64,000 nt of DNA from Trueperaceae bacterium. Lineage in GTDB: Bacteria; Deinococcota; Deinococci; Deinococcales; Trueperaceae. Both the position numbers and the translations under genes were made by a program. Positions 1 through 10,076 of the stretch are shown in pieces (positions within the stretch are counted from its first letter, which is position 1; each line of letters begins with the position of its first letter). The stretch lies in NCBI GenBank assembly GCA_965215565.1, contig CBDCDZ010000004.1:2400001-2464000 (forward strand). Direction: 5' to 3'. Below the pieces are notes generated by a model. That model saw only the letters and a list, made by a program, of their open reading frames with translations, had not been told where the DNA came from and made no database searches.

Positions 1-23
1 TCGTCCCACCACTCAGGATTCAG

Positions 24-455
24 CTACGTTGCACCTAACTTTGCTCTAAGCGTGTCACTCGTCCATGTCACTACGCCGCAGCCTAGGAAATCTTTGTCTT
101 GCGTCCAAATATTAGCCCTCATGGCTAGAGCGAGTGCTACCGAGTGCCAGTCATCGGGGTCACGCGGAATGCGGGTCAAAGCTTCATCTTTGAAATGGCT
201 GTACTCTATCTCGTCAGATACGGTAAGCCGCTGCTCCGCTGAAGTTGCGGCAACCGCGAGTATCGCTGTAGCTATTTCCTCAGAAAGCTTCTTTCGCTCT
301 GCAACAATATCGACACGTTTACGGAGTTCATGCTGAGCCTCTTCCCACACTTTTGCGGCTAGGAAAAGCTCGAGCCTTTTACCCGCTATAAGTTTTCTAC
401 CTTTCGCTTTCAGAAGTTCCCCAACAAGAATATTAGCGTCAACGACTAAACGCAT
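24..455 (-). CDS. PIN-domain toxin (VapC-like) of a type II TA pair
   Basis: N-terminal LVVDANIL; PRDPDD and IWTQDKDF acidic PIN motifs; overlaps the upstream antitoxin. Confidence 0.85.
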   Translation of the reverse strand: MRLVVDANILVGELLKAKGRKLIAGKRLELFLAAKVWEEAQHELRKRVDIVAERKKLSEEIATAILAVAATSAEQRLTVSDEIEYSHFKDEALTRIPRDPDDWHSVALALAMRANIWTQDKDFLGCGVVTWTSDTLRAKLGAT

Positions 456-696
456 TGTCTCGCTTGATTGTAAAGAGGTCTGCCAACTCGTCCTCGGTCA
501 AGCCACTTTCATCCATAGCGCGTTGAATGAGCGCTTCTAAACGCGCCGTGGTCTTCTCTATCTCCGCCTCGTCTTTCTTCTTGACTGGAATAAAGTAGCC
601 TACAGGGTGTCCATGCCGCTCAATCAGCATCGTCTCACCCGTTGCAAGCAGCTTCGTCGCGTTATCCCTAAATTCTTTGATGCCTACTTTGCGCAT
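439..696 (-). CDS. Phd/YefM-like antitoxin
   Basis: 85 aa with Phd-like N-terminus VGIKEFRDNATKLL...IERHGHPVG; directly upstream of and overlapping the PIN gene. Confidence 0.75.
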   Translation of the reverse strand: MRKVGIKEFRDNATKLLATGETMLIERHGHPVGYFIPVKKKDEAEIEKTTARLEALIQRAMDESGLTEDELADLFTIKRDNAFSR

Positions 697-753
697 AGTG
701 GCTCCTTAGTGGTCACTTTTTAGTAGTTTAGCACGACTCGAGCCCCAACCACA

Positions 754-782
754 AAAAAGCGCACCTGCCGAAACAGATGCGC
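754..782 (-). terminator. Probable intrinsic terminator downstream of the crp gene
   Basis: Hairpin gcgcacctg-ccgaaa-cagatgcgc with an A-run that reads as a U-tract on the minus strand. Confidence 0.55.
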
Positions 783-796
783 CCTGATGCTAAGTT

Positions 797-884
797 TGTA
801 TCACGCAGAAATCATCTCTGAAAGTGCGTGCTAATCTGGCAGCTTAAACACCCAGAGCGTTTGTGACCAGATGAGGTTCCGCTA
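797..884 (-). repeat. TAGCAG-family MITE-like repeat, copy A
   Basis: Shares cgcagaaatcatctctgaaagtgcgtgct and tgaccagatga with copies at 13757 and 33074. Confidence 0.7.
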
Positions 885-905
885 GCCCAGGGGCTGAGAC
901 CTGCT

Positions 906-1610
906 TTACTCACTAGCCTCATCTAAAAACTGCTGCAACTTATCCATATTCACCGCAATCGGTGCACGGCGGCGGCGGACTGCACCGTACTCTAAGAGGC
1001 GAGCCAAGCAGTGCGAGACGGTCTCGCGGGTCGCGCCGATCATCTTGGCGAGGTCTTGCTGGGTGAGGTTGAGGTCGATGACCGTGCCGCGGTCGCCTTC
1101 GTAGCCAAAGTCATGAGCTAAGCGGAGGAGCAGATTGGCTAAGCGTCCGGGTGCGTCGAACGCGCCGACTTCCGCGAAGCGGGTCTGGGCTTGCCAGAGG
1201 TTCGTGGACATGACCTGCATGAACTTCATGGCGATGCGGGGCTGCTGCTGCAAGAGGCGCTGGAAGTCGCTCTCGGGCAAGACGATGAGCGTGGTGTCCA
1301 TGACCGCTTCGGCTTGGTTGGGGCGGCGCTCGCTCGGGAGGAGCAAGAGTTCACCGAAGGTATCGTACTTGCCGAAAAGCGCTAAGATCATCTCTTTACC
1401 GTTCGGGAAGTACATGGAGATTTTGACCATGCCCTCGCGGACGAAGTAGAGCGCGTCGGCGGGGTCTTCCATGTGGTAGATGATGTCGCCCGTCTTAAAG
1501 CGCTTGTACGGGGTGATGCGCGAGAGTTCCTCGAGTTCGTCTTCGGAGAGGTCTTCGAAGAGCTGCGTGTTTTTCAGGTGCCACACTAAGCTTGGGTAAT
1601 CTTGCATCAT
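906..1610 (-). CDS. Crp/Fnr family transcriptional regulator
   Basis: cNMP-binding domain (FGELLL...RPNQAEA) and HTH LTQQDLAKMIGATRETVS. Confidence 0.95.
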   Translation of the reverse strand: MMQDYPSLVWHLKNTQLFEDLSEDELEELSRITPYKRFKTGDIIYHMEDPADALYFVREGMVKISMYFPNGKEMILALFGKYDTFGELLLLPSERRPNQAEAVMDTTLIVLPESDFQRLLQQQPRIAMKFMQVMSTNLWQAQTRFAEVGAFDAPGRLANLLLRLAHDFGYEGDRGTVIDLNLTQQDLAKMIGATRETVSHCLARLLEYGAVRRRRAPIAVNMDKLQQFLDEASE

Positions 1611-1642
1611 GGGGAAAGTCTACCCTACCCGTGCCCCCTTTG

Positions 1643-1876
1643 TGTGGCGTTTTTCACGTTAAATATCTTACATCAGGGTTTTTTCGTACACAGGGGAATG
1701 TTGATAAATTCGCTGTCCGCCGCACTTTCCGCGTTTTTTCTTACACTTCACTTCACCGCGTGATGGTTGTACATATAGATTTTCTCACACAATTTTACAG
1801 TAATTATTTTACGTTTTTGTGAAGTTTTTTACCGAAAACGCGAAGTGTGAAGTCGGTATGAAATAATGTGAAGTCG
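1643..1876. promoter_or_regulatory. AT-rich crp upstream region with a CRP-like box and TGTGAAGT repeats
   Basis: TGTGG-N6-TCACG at 1643-1658; TGTGAAGT at 1818, 1846 and 1867. Confidence 0.4.
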
Positions 1877-2076
1877 CATAATAGACTTTTATACAGCGAA
1901 CTATGCACCACAAGAGTCGATTCTACACCAGGCAGGGTTATGGTTCAGGGTAGTTTTCTGGTCGAGCGGTTGGAAGTCGAACTAAACCTCTCAACTTTTA
2001 AGAAGGACGGCTCCACCTCTCGCCTTTCAAACGCTGGAGAGGTTTCCTCTGCCTATCCGCAAGTTACCCTACAACC

Positions 2077-2529
2077 TTACGCCTTCACGTTCTCCTCCGA
2101 GGGCTCCGCCCCTTCGCTGCCGCAGGCGTCCCATTCGTCCACGCTATTCTCCTCTTCGTAGATGGTGAGACCGTGCAGATAGCCCGAACGCGCCACCATG
2201 TAGCCCGATAGGGGCGCAGTGAGCAGAAAGAACATCGCGATAAGCAGCAGCCGCGTCGTCGCCAGGGTATCGTTAAAGACGAGCGCGGAGCCAAGAAAGA
2301 TGCCGAAACCGCCGAGCGTTACGACCTTCGTCGAGGCGTGCAGGCGCGTGTAGAAGTCAGGGAAGCGGAACATGCCGAGTGCGCCCACAAGGATGAAAAA
2401 GCTGCCGATGAGGGTGAGTAAATCGAAGATGAAGTAGGGCGCACTCCGGTCTATCGTCGTTTCGGACTGGGCGTAGCCCGCCGACGCGAGGAGCAGAGTA
2501 ACCGTGAGTAGAGGCGCGGTACGCTTCAT
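2077..2529 (-). CDS. mrpG: Na+/H+ antiporter subunit G
   Basis: RFPDFYTRLHASTK motif; last gene of the mrp operon. Confidence 0.92.
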   Translation of the reverse strand: MKRTAPLLTVTLLLASAGYAQSETTIDRSAPYFIFDLLTLIGSFFILVGALGMFRFPDFYTRLHASTKVVTLGGFGIFLGSALVFNDTLATTRLLLIAMFFLLTAPLSGYMVARSGYLHGLTIYEEENSVDEWDACGSEGAEPSEENVKA

Positions 2530-2783
2530 TTCATCACCTTGCCCGAGAGCAAGTAGCGGGCGAGGGCGACGGTGCCCAAAAAGCCCAAGATGGAGACGAG
2601 TAGGGCGACGTCTAGGAGGCTCGAGTACCCCGTCCTGAGCGCCACCACGACGATCAAAAGCGCCAAATTCACGGCTAAAAAGTCGAACGCGGCGATGCGG
2701 TCGCCGACGGTTGGACCCTTCAAGACGCGGTAGGTGCCGAGACCGAAGGAAATAATTAAACAGACCAGTGCGATAAAAACCAT
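2526..2783 (-). CDS. mrpF: Na+/H+ antiporter subunit F
   Basis: GPTVGDRIAAFD and GFLGTVALARY; 85 aa, about 3 TM. Confidence 0.92.
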   Translation of the reverse strand: MVFIALVCLIISFGLGTYRVLKGPTVGDRIAAFDFLAVNLALLIVVVALRTGYSSLLDVALLVSILGFLGTVALARYLLSGKVMK

Positions 2784-2847
2784 GCGTTCCTTTCTAAAGA
2801 AGCTTTTAGCTATTAACTGTTAGCTAAAAGCTGACGGCTAATAGCTA

Positions 2848-2951
2848 AAGCAATTTTTGGTAGTTCGGCTAGCACGGGTATCATCTATAAACGTATGAGC
2901 TAAGCGGTGGCTTCTCTACTCATAGCGTCTGTGACCAGATAATACCTGCTA
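2848..2951 (-). repeat. TAGCAG-family MITE-like repeat, copy B (between mrpE and mrpF)
   Basis: Reverse complement starts TAGCAGGTATTATCTGGTCA; its TAG is the mrpE stop codon. Confidence 0.7.
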
Positions 2952-3422
2952 CTTCATAAACCCCATAATGAGCGTCTCCATCTTCGTCACGCTCTCCTTA
3001 GCGTCCTCCAAACTCGCGCCCATCGCGTGCGCGTAGAGCTGTTTGCGGTCATTGGATACCCCCATCGCCACGGTGCCGGGTAAGAGGGTGATCGTCGCGG
3101 AGAGGAGCGAGATCGCGGCGTCGCTCTCTACACGGATGGGAACGGCGATGACGTTGGTGTCGAAAGCGGACTTGGGCTGCAAGGTGAGCTTGGCGATAAT
3201 GAGGTTAGCGATGACGAGTTCTTTGGTAAAGGAGAGAACAAAGCGCCCGAACGCCACGAGCTTGCGCGGGAAGGAGCGTTCGTTGCTGCTGACGAGGCTG
3301 ATGAGGAGTAAACCCAGCACGAGCCCGACGAGCAGGTTGAAGAGGGCGGACTCCACCGTTCCTGCGCCGATGATAAAAACCCAGAGGAGCGTGATGAGGA
3401 CGACTGCTAAAATGTCATTCAC
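2949..3422 (-). CDS. mrpE: Na+/H+ antiporter subunit E
   Basis: ITLLPGT motif; GTG start at 3422 overlapping the end of mrpD is preferred over the ORF-track start at 3473. Confidence 0.9.
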   Translation of the reverse strand: MNDILAVVLITLLWVFIIGAGTVESALFNLLVGLVLGLLLISLVSSNERSFPRKLVAFGRFVLSFTKELVIANLIIAKLTLQPKSAFDTNVIAVPIRVESDAAISLLSATITLLPGTVAMGVSNDRKQLYAHAMGASLEDAKESVTKMETLIMGFMK

Positions 3423-4968
3423 TTCTAGCCTCCGCTTGTTCTGCCGGTTCATTACCTGCTTGGTCTGCGTCACCTAGCACAGCGGTGATGTACTCGCTGG
3501 TGTTACTAAGTTGCGCCGCGACACGCTCGGTAGCGTTATAAACGGGACCGCTCAGCACCGTCAGGACGACGATGAGGCTCACTGCGGACCCTGTCGCAAT
3601 GGACATCCCCCTCGGCAAGCTCACGCGGTGCACGGCGTCGCTTTCGCCCCAGAAGAAGTTGCGCCAGATGGATAAGCCCGCATATAAAAGGAGGAAGCTC
3701 GAGACCATCGCCGCCGCCACCGCCCAAGCGTTGAGCGCTCCGCCGTCCGCGAGGAGTGCCTGCACGAGTCCGAACTTGCCGATAAAACCGCTCAGTGGCG
3801 GCAAGCCAGCCAGCGCAATCGCCCCGATGAAAAAGCCCGCGCCGAGAAACGGGTACGACGCCAAATGCCCTTCGCTGTAGTAGTTTTGCCCGCCGAGCTT
3901 CTCACTCAACCCTGCAATTAAGAAGAGCGCAAAGATGACCAAGACCGAGTTGATGAAGTAGTAGAGCGTCGCGCTCAGCGCGGCTTCCGTGCCGACAAAG
4001 GTACCCATCACGATGTACCCGACGCTCGCCACGTTCGCGAACGACAGGAGGTAACGCCAGCGCTGCTGCGAAATCGCGCCGAAGCCGCCCACCACCATCG
4101 TCACCGCCGCGAGCGCCAAGAGGACGCTCTGCAGGAGCGTCTGGTCAGGGAACATGAGCGTAAAGGCGCGAATGAGCGCGTACGCGCCGACTTTGGTCAA
4201 AATCGCGCCGAAGTAGGCGCTGATGGCGGACGGCGGCACCGGGTAGCTGTACGGCAGCCAGAAGCCGAGCGGGAAGACGGCTGCTTTAGTCGCGAAGACA
4301 AGCGCGAGCATGAGGGCGACGACGGTCACGCGGGGGTCCGTGACCCCTTCCAAACGCTGCGCGATGTCCGCCATGTTGAGCGTCCCAAAAAGCCCGTACG
4401 AAAAGCCCGCCGCGACGACGAAAATCGCCGAGGCGACGAGGTTGATGACGACGTACTTGAAGCCTTCGCGGAGCTGCGCCACCTCGCCGCCGATGATGAG
4501 GAGCCCGTACGAGGCGATGAGCATGACCTCGAACGAGACGAAGAGGTTGAACAGATCGCCCGTCAAGAAGGACATGTGGACGCCCATGAAAAGGAACTGG
4601 AGGAGCGCGTGTGCGCCGAAGGATTCGCGGGCGCGGTTTAAGAGCGCCGTCTGCCCCCTCCTCGGGGTGTGTTGGAAGCTCGAGGAGGCAAAAATCACGC
4701 AGATGAGCGACACGGTGCCCGACAACACGAGCATGATGCCCGTGAGCCCGTCCGCCACGACGGAGATGCCGAAGGGCGCGGGCCAGTCCGCCATCTGCAA
4801 GACGAGCACCTCGCCCGAGAGGGTGCGCATGAAGATAAGTACGCTGACCGCGAGCGTCACGGCGCTGCCGAGCACGGCGACGGCGGTCCTCGCGCGGTGC
4901 CCCTGAACGACGAGCAGCACGATACCTAAAAATAGCGGGATGAGGATGGGGAGGCTAACGAGGTTCAA
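3415..4968 (-). CDS. mrpD: Na+/H+ antiporter subunit D
   Basis: TGDLFNLFVSFEVMLIASY, KAAVFPLGFWLP and GLPPLSGFIGK motifs. Confidence 0.95.
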   Translation of the reverse strand: MNLVSLPILIPLFLGIVLLVVQGHRARTAVAVLGSAVTLAVSVLIFMRTLSGEVLVLQMADWPAPFGISVVADGLTGIMLVLSGTVSLICVIFASSSFQHTPRRGQTALLNRARESFGAHALLQFLFMGVHMSFLTGDLFNLFVSFEVMLIASYGLLIIGGEVAQLREGFKYVVINLVASAIFVVAAGFSYGLFGTLNMADIAQRLEGVTDPRVTVVALMLALVFATKAAVFPLGFWLPYSYPVPPSAISAYFGAILTKVGAYALIRAFTLMFPDQTLLQSVLLALAAVTMVVGGFGAISQQRWRYLLSFANVASVGYIVMGTFVGTEAALSATLYYFINSVLVIFALFLIAGLSEKLGGQNYYSEGHLASYPFLGAGFFIGAIALAGLPPLSGFIGKFGLVQALLADGGALNAWAVAAAMVSSFLLLYAGLSIWRNFFWGESDAVHRVSLPRGMSIATGSAVSLIVVLTVLSGPVYNATERVAAQLSNTSEYITAVLGDADQAGNEPAEQAEARSE

Positions 4969-5429
4969 TCTGCCGCCTCGTCCATCTCGCCCTTGGAGGC
5001 GGGCTCGTTCGAATCTGCCTTACCCGAATCTGACTTCGTGGTTTCGGGTGAAATCGAAGGCTGCTCAGGGTCGGCGTAGACGTGCTGCGGTCTAACCGGG
5101 TCGGGCTTATCAATGAGTTCTTGCACGTGGTCGGTGTTCGTCGCTTGGTACGCCCGCACCGAGAGAACTAAAAGGAGCGCCGTCGTGCCGAAGCCGATGA
5201 CGATAGCGGTCAGGATGAGGGCTTGGGGCAAGGGGTCCACGTAGGTCTCGCCTGCGCCCAAAAGGGGCGGCGCGTTGAGTTCCATGCCCGTCACCAGCAA
5301 GATGCTGATGTTGACACCATACGCAATCAGGGAAAGCCCGATAATAAGGCGAATCATCGCCCGCGACAGGACGAGAAACACGCCCGTGCCGACTAAAACA
5401 GCGGCGAGCAGCGGTAAGAGGAGTTCCAT
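4965..5429 (-). CDS. mrpC: Na+/H+ antiporter subunit C
   Basis: DPLPQALILTAIVIGFG motif. Confidence 0.95.
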   Translation of the reverse strand: MELLLPLLAAVLVGTGVFLVLSRAMIRLIIGLSLIAYGVNISILLVTGMELNAPPLLGAGETYVDPLPQALILTAIVIGFGTTALLLVLSVRAYQATNTDHVQELIDKPDPVRPQHVYADPEQPSISPETTKSDSGKADSNEPASKGEMDEAAD

Positions 5430-6011
5430 CTAATCGGTTCCTTCCGGTGCGTTTTGCTGATCGGATTGGGCGCTCTCCTTCATGTCGGGGTGCGCTTGAA
5501 GCGTCCCAGGGTCCATCTCGCCATAATCGCTCAGGGTCTCATCGGTGTTGCCCGCGAGCAGCTCGATGATGGTCAAGGTCGAGCCTACCACCACCATAAA
5601 GACGCCCGCGTCAAAGAGCACCGCCGTCGCCCACTCGAACTCGCCGATGAGGGGCCATGTCAGGTAGCCGTAGGCGCTCGTCAGGAAGGGCAAACCGAGA
5701 AAGAGCGGCACGACGCCCGTCGCGAAGGCTAAAAGTAACCCCCAGGGGATGAGGGCGCTGGGCGAGCCGCGCACGAGGGGGCGGTCTAACACGATGCGCG
5801 ACAAAAGCGCCGCCACCGCGATGACGAGCCCCGCGATAAAGCCGCCCCCCGGCGAGCCGTGACCGCGCAAGAAGAGGTGCAAGCCTAGTAGAACGAGCAC
5901 GTAGATGACGGGCCGCGTAAAGGTGCGGAAGAAGATTTCTAGGTGGTCCGTCGTCGCGCCGACGCCCTGCTCGCCCTTATGGTCACTACCTTTTACGGGT
6001 TGGTCAGCCAC
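5430..6011 (-). CDS. mrpB: Na+/H+ antiporter subunit B
   Basis: RGHGSPGGGFIAG and LFDAGVF motifs. Confidence 0.93.
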   Translation of the reverse strand: MADQPVKGSDHKGEQGVGATTDHLEIFFRTFTRPVIYVLVLLGLHLFLRGHGSPGGGFIAGLVIAVAALLSRIVLDRPLVRGSPSALIPWGLLLAFATGVVPLFLGLPFLTSAYGYLTWPLIGEFEWATAVLFDAGVFMVVVGSTLTIIELLAGNTDETLSDYGEMDPGTLQAHPDMKESAQSDQQNAPEGTD

Positions 6012-8310
6012 CTTCGTCCCCCTTCTCTTCTCGTGATGCGTCTTCTGCTATAGGTGCGGTTTTCATCTTGAGGAGCGCGTAGACCGACACGCCTACGACG
6101 GCGAGCACGGTAATCTCCCCCATCGTGTCGTAGCCGCGAAAGTCCACCAGAATCACGTTGACGACGTTGTTGCCGCCGCCGCCCTTCTTGCTGTTCTCTA
6201 AAAACCAGTCCTTGAGCCGCTCGGCGATGGGCGTCTGCACCGCGACGAGCGTGGTGAAGACCGTCAGCCCCACGGACGACGCCAGGAGCGTGTCGAACGC
6301 GGTGCTCGCTTTAGAGCGCGTGTAGCGCGTGAGCTGCGGCAAATAGCGAAAGACCGCCAAGAACAAGATGACCGTGACCGTCTCGATGAGAAGCTGCGTC
6401 AGGGCTAAGTCGGGGGCGCGGAGCATGACGAAAATCGCCGCCGACGAGAGCCCTGCTAAACCCATGAAGATAAGAGCGCTGAGGCGGGTTCTCGAGACCA
6501 GCAGCCCCCCCGCGCCCGAAAGTACCAAGAGAGAAGGCACGATGAACTCCAACGGCACCGGATTGAGTTGCGACAAGAAATCCGCAGAGATAAAGCGCCA
6601 CCCGAGCACGAGCCCCGCCAGCGCAAAGGGAATCCAGATGAGGCGCACGTGGTTGGCGAAACTCGTGTTCTGCGTGTGGTTCGTAACGAAGTTGGAGAGC
6701 CCTTCCAAGCCGCGCACCGAGGCGTAGTAGATGGTGTTGACGTTCCACGAAGGCGTGAGCGCCTCCTGCACCGAGGTGAAGCGTTTTTGAAACCAGTAGA
6801 TCGCGAAGCCGACTGCCCACGTGAGGACGGAAAGCCACAACACGAGCGAAAAACCGTGCCAGAGGTAGAGGTCGTGCGGCTCGAAACCCAAGGACGGCGC
6901 GGCGAGGTTCGTGAGCCACGTCGCGGTGACGGGCAGAAGACCGAACGCGAGCACGCCCAAGACGAGCGGCGTGACGGGCAGCCAGAAGCTCACCGAGGGG
7001 CGGTGAACGTCGGGCTTCTCCATCTTCAACTCGCCCCAGAAGACATCCAAAAAGCGCAAGCTGTACGCGAACGTCATCATGCTGCCCGTCACCGCGATAA
7101 CCATCGGTAAAACACCCTCATGCAGTATCTCCTCGTAGAAAAGCTCCTTGGAGATAAAGCCGCCGAAAGGAGGCAACCCCGCCATCGAAAGCGTCGCGGG
7201 CAGTGCCAGCGCGAACACGACGGGAAATTTGCGCATCAGCCCCGAGAGGTTGCGCAGGTCGCGGCTGCCCGTCTCGTGGTCGATGATGCCCACCACCATA
7301 AAGAGCGTCGCCTTGAACGCCGCGTGGTTGATGAGGTGCGCGGTCGCCGCGAAGGGGTGCCCCGCGCCGTAAAGCGCCATCAAGATGCCTAACTGCGAGA
7401 CCGTCGAGTACGCCAGGAGCGCTTTGAGGTCGTACTGGCGAATTGCCAGATACGAACCCCAGAACATCGTCGCCAGACCGATGAACAGAAGGGCAGTCGA
7501 GAACACCGTGCCGACAAAAAAGGGTCCTAACTTCGCCACCAAAAGCACGCCCGCCTTGACCATCGTCGCGGAATGCAGGTAAGCCGAAATCGGTGTGGGC
7601 GCTTCCATCGCGGTGGGCAGCCAGAGGTGAAAGGGAATTTGCGCCGACTTGGTCATGGCTGCCAAAAGGAGAAGTAAAGCGGCAGGGAAGAAAAGCGGTG
7701 ATTCTTGAATCGCCACTAAATCAAGTTCCGAGAGCTGCCCGCTGCCGCCTGCGATGCTCAGAAGCACTACACCGACCAGAAGCGCCAAGCCGCCGATGGC
7801 GGTAATCAGCATCGCCTTCATCGCCCCGTCTTGCGACGCCTTGCGGAAGTCCCAGTAGCCGATAAGTAGGAACGATGCAATCGAGGTCAGTTCCCAAAAG
7901 GCGAACAGCGCGACTAAGTTATCCGTCAGTACGAGCCCCATCATCGCGCCGCCAAAGAGCAAGAGGTAGCTGTAAAAGCGCCCGTAGCGCTCGCCCTTAC
8001 CCAAGTACGCCGAGGCGTAAAGCATAATCAGCGTGCCGATGCCCGAGACGACGAGCGCGAACAGCAGAGAGTAACCGTCCGCGCGGAAGGTGAGGGCTAG
8101 GTCGATGCCGGGCACCCACTCGAGATTCGCCACCGCCGGATTCCCTGACTTCGCCGCGCCCGAAAGCGTCGCCAGCCAGAGCCCCGGTACAAACGAAAGC
8201 GCGAGCAAGAGCCCCGTTCTCGCCTTGAGGACCGTCGCTACTAAGGGCGCGAGCAGCGCCGCGACAAAGGGCGAAAAGACCGCCGCGAAAAGAAGTATCT
8301 GTGCGTTCAT
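6004..8310 (-). CDS. mrpA: Na+/H+ antiporter subunit A
   Basis: [36 protein letters not shown]-terminal [18 protein letters not shown]. Confidence 0.96.
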   Translation of the reverse strand: MNAQILLFAAVFSPFVAALLAPLVATVLKARTGLLLALSFVPGLWLATLSGAAKSGNPAVANLEWVPGIDLALTFRADGYSLLFALVVSGIGTLIMLYASAYLGKGERYGRFYSYLLLFGGAMMGLVLTDNLVALFAFWELTSIASFLLIGYWDFRKASQDGAMKAMLITAIGGLALLVGVVLLSIAGGSGQLSELDLVAIQESPLFFPAALLLLLAAMTKSAQIPFHLWLPTAMEAPTPISAYLHSATMVKAGVLLVAKLGPFFVGTVFSTALLFIGLATMFWGSYLAIRQYDLKALLAYSTVSQLGILMALYGAGHPFAATAHLINHAAFKATLFMVVGIIDHETGSRDLRNLSGLMRKFPVVFALALPATLSMAGLPPFGGFISKELFYEEILHEGVLPMVIAVTGSMMTFAYSLRFLDVFWGELKMEKPDVHRPSVSFWLPVTPLVLGVLAFGLLPVTATWLTNLAAPSLGFEPHDLYLWHGFSLVLWLSVLTWAVGFAIYWFQKRFTSVQEALTPSWNVNTIYYASVRGLEGLSNFVTNHTQNTSFANHVRLIWIPFALAGLVLGWRFISADFLSQLNPVPLEFIVPSLLVLSGAGGLLVSRTRLSALIFMGLAGLSSAAIFVMLRAPDLALTQLLIETVTVILFLAVFRYLPQLTRYTRSKASTAFDTLLASSVGLTVFTTLVAVQTPIAERLKDWFLENSKKGGGGNNVVNVILVDFRGYDTMGEITVLAVVGVSVYALLKMKTAPIAEDASREEKGDEGG

Positions 8311-8535
8311 AAAATTACGGTCATCCTGCTATAGACCCCACCACATATCGCTCACGTCACCCAACCTCCTATAGATTCGTTCACGAGATAGAAACCGCAC
8401 TACAAGGACGGTGCAGCGCGTGAACTATCTCACTCGAGTGTCGCTGCCCAGTCTAACAGGATAGGGGTGGCTCGAGAAAGCCTTCCGCCTCATAAGTATT
8501 CGGTGTAGGGATGGCTCGAGGGAGCCAATGCGGGT

Positions 8536-9336
8536 CTAGGGATTGATACCCACCTCAACGCCACCCTCTTCAAAGAGCGTCTTGAGCGTCGCCAAGTTTT
8601 TAAGGGCGTGACCTTTCGTCGTGTTCATCATCATGATGTAGACTTGGCTGAGTTTGTCTTGCCGCGCCAAAATATCCACGACCCATTCGCGCAGTTCGTC
8701 CTTGTCGTAGAGATAGTCGTGCCGCTCCGCCGCGCTGTCCGCGCCGTACCAGTTCTTCTCGTTGCGCCCGTGCATCCTCAGATACGCCGTGTCCGAGGTG
8801 AGGTAGAGCTGCGGCGCAGGCATTCCGCTCACCTGCGGGTAGTCCACGCTGACGTAAACGAGACCCATCTCCTTGAAGCTGTCTCGCACCTCATCCATAT
8901 CCCACTGCTGATTGCGAAACTCGACGGCTAAGCGCTCGTCCTTGAAGTGCTCGACTAAGCCCGCGAGATACTTGCGGTTTTCGGGGGTGCGGTGGAAGGA
9001 GTAGGGGAACTGCGCTAAGAAGGGGCCGAGCATTCCGGCGTCGCGCAAAGGTTGGACGGACTCGAGCATCCGCTTATAAAGCTCCCCGTCCGCCTTTCTA
9101 TCGTGCGTCATCACCTTGTTGAGCTTCACCGCGAAGCGCACCTTCGCCTCGCTCTTGCGCACCATGCCCTCGAAGGCTTTGAGCCCTGGGATGGCGTAAA
9201 AGCTGCTGTTGAGTTCGACGGCGTTGAAGTGTTGGGCGTAGATGTTCAAGTAATCCGCAGATTTTGTGCCTTCTGGGTAGAGTTTGCCGAGCCAGTCGTC
9301 GTTGGAGTAGCCACCGGTGCCTAAGTAGACTTCCAT
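8536..9336 (-). CDS. DUF72 (YecE-like) protein
   Basis: YLGTGGYS, AVELNSSFY, LAQFPYSF, AVEFRN and YLRMHGRN motifs. Confidence 0.9.
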   Translation of the reverse strand: MEVYLGTGGYSNDDWLGKLYPEGTKSADYLNIYAQHFNAVELNSSFYAIPGLKAFEGMVRKSEAKVRFAVKLNKVMTHDRKADGELYKRMLESVQPLRDAGMLGPFLAQFPYSFHRTPENRKYLAGLVEHFKDERLAVEFRNQQWDMDEVRDSFKEMGLVYVSVDYPQVSGMPAPQLYLTSDTAYLRMHGRNEKNWYGADSAAERHDYLYDKDELREWVVDILARQDKLSQVYIMMMNTTKGHALKNLATLKTLFEEGGVEVGINP

Positions 9337-9374
9337 ATTTTTATTGTAGCCTCTAAGCAGCTTTCTTCTCTAAG

Positions 9375-10076
9375 CTATACCCTTTTCGAATCACTAACTC
9401 GCTGTAACGCCGAACTTTGCCCCGCTTCCAGCTTAGGTTTAGGCTGCCACAGATACGTTGCTATAAGCGAGGCCAAAATCGCTCCAAGTATAGGCGCAAA
9501 CCAATAGAGCCAGTGCTGTGACCAACTTCCTGCAAAAAGTGCGGGTGCAAAGCTCCTCGCAGGGTTCATGGACGCGCCCGTCAGCGTGCCACCCGCAACC
9601 GCGCACAAGGCTACGGTAAAACCGATATAGAGACCCGCCTGAGCCTGTTTCTGGATGACGCAAGTAGCAATGACAAACATCAGAAAGAACGTTAGCACAA
9701 CCTCTGTGGCGACGCCTTGTGCAGTGGATACCTCGGGCGCAAGCAGTGTCGCGCCGTAGCGAACGGCGTCTAGGCGTTCTGAACCATAAGTCGTTCGCAG
9801 TAAGAGCACAGCCAGCACCGCCCCTGAAAGTTCAGCGCTCCAGTAGAGTAAGAGGTTTCGAAAGCTCACGCGCCTCATCACCCAAAAACCAACGGTCACA
9901 GCGGGATTGAAGTGGGCGAAGGAGAGGGCTCCAACGGCCGCAATCATCACCGAAACCGTCAGGCCGAAAGCGAGCGCAACCGCTAAACTACTTGCTCCTG
10001 ACGCTATCGCTGCGACGCCTACGAATACAAGCGCAAACGTACCGATAAGTTCTGCCAACCAGATTCTTAGGCTCAC
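9375..10076 (-). CDS. MIP family aquaporin/aquaglyceroporin (AqpS-like, arsenic operon)
   Basis: Two NPA motifs (HFNPAVT, SMNPARS); translationally coupled to arsC. Confidence 0.9.
   Translation of the reverse strand: MSLRIWLAELIGTFALVFVGVAAIASGASSLAVALAFGLTVSVMIAAVGALSFAHFNPAVTVGFWVMRRVSFRNLLLYWSAELSGAVLAVLLLRTTYGSERLDAVRYGATLLAPEVSTAQGVATEVVLTFFLMFVIATCVIQKQAQAGLYIGFTVALCAVAGGTLTGASMNPARSFAPALFAGSWSQHWLYWFAPILGAILASLIATYLWQPKPKLEAGQSSALQRVSDSKRV

Noticed and set aside
1..11. tcgtcccacca could be a tRNA 3' end (CCA) next to the TA module
   Set aside because: Only 11 nt are visible at the window edge, so no T-arm or cloverleaf can be checked.
1868..2161. Plus-strand ORFs (1592-1822, 1868-2161) in the crp-mrpG gap
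   Set aside because: No recognisable motifs, atypical composition and overlaps with real genes; more likely promoter DNA.
8461..8520. Direct repeat RTAGGGRTGGCTCGAG, 2 copies, upstream of mrpA
   Set aside because: Only two copies, partly explained by the abundant CTCGAG motif; not enough to call a binding site.
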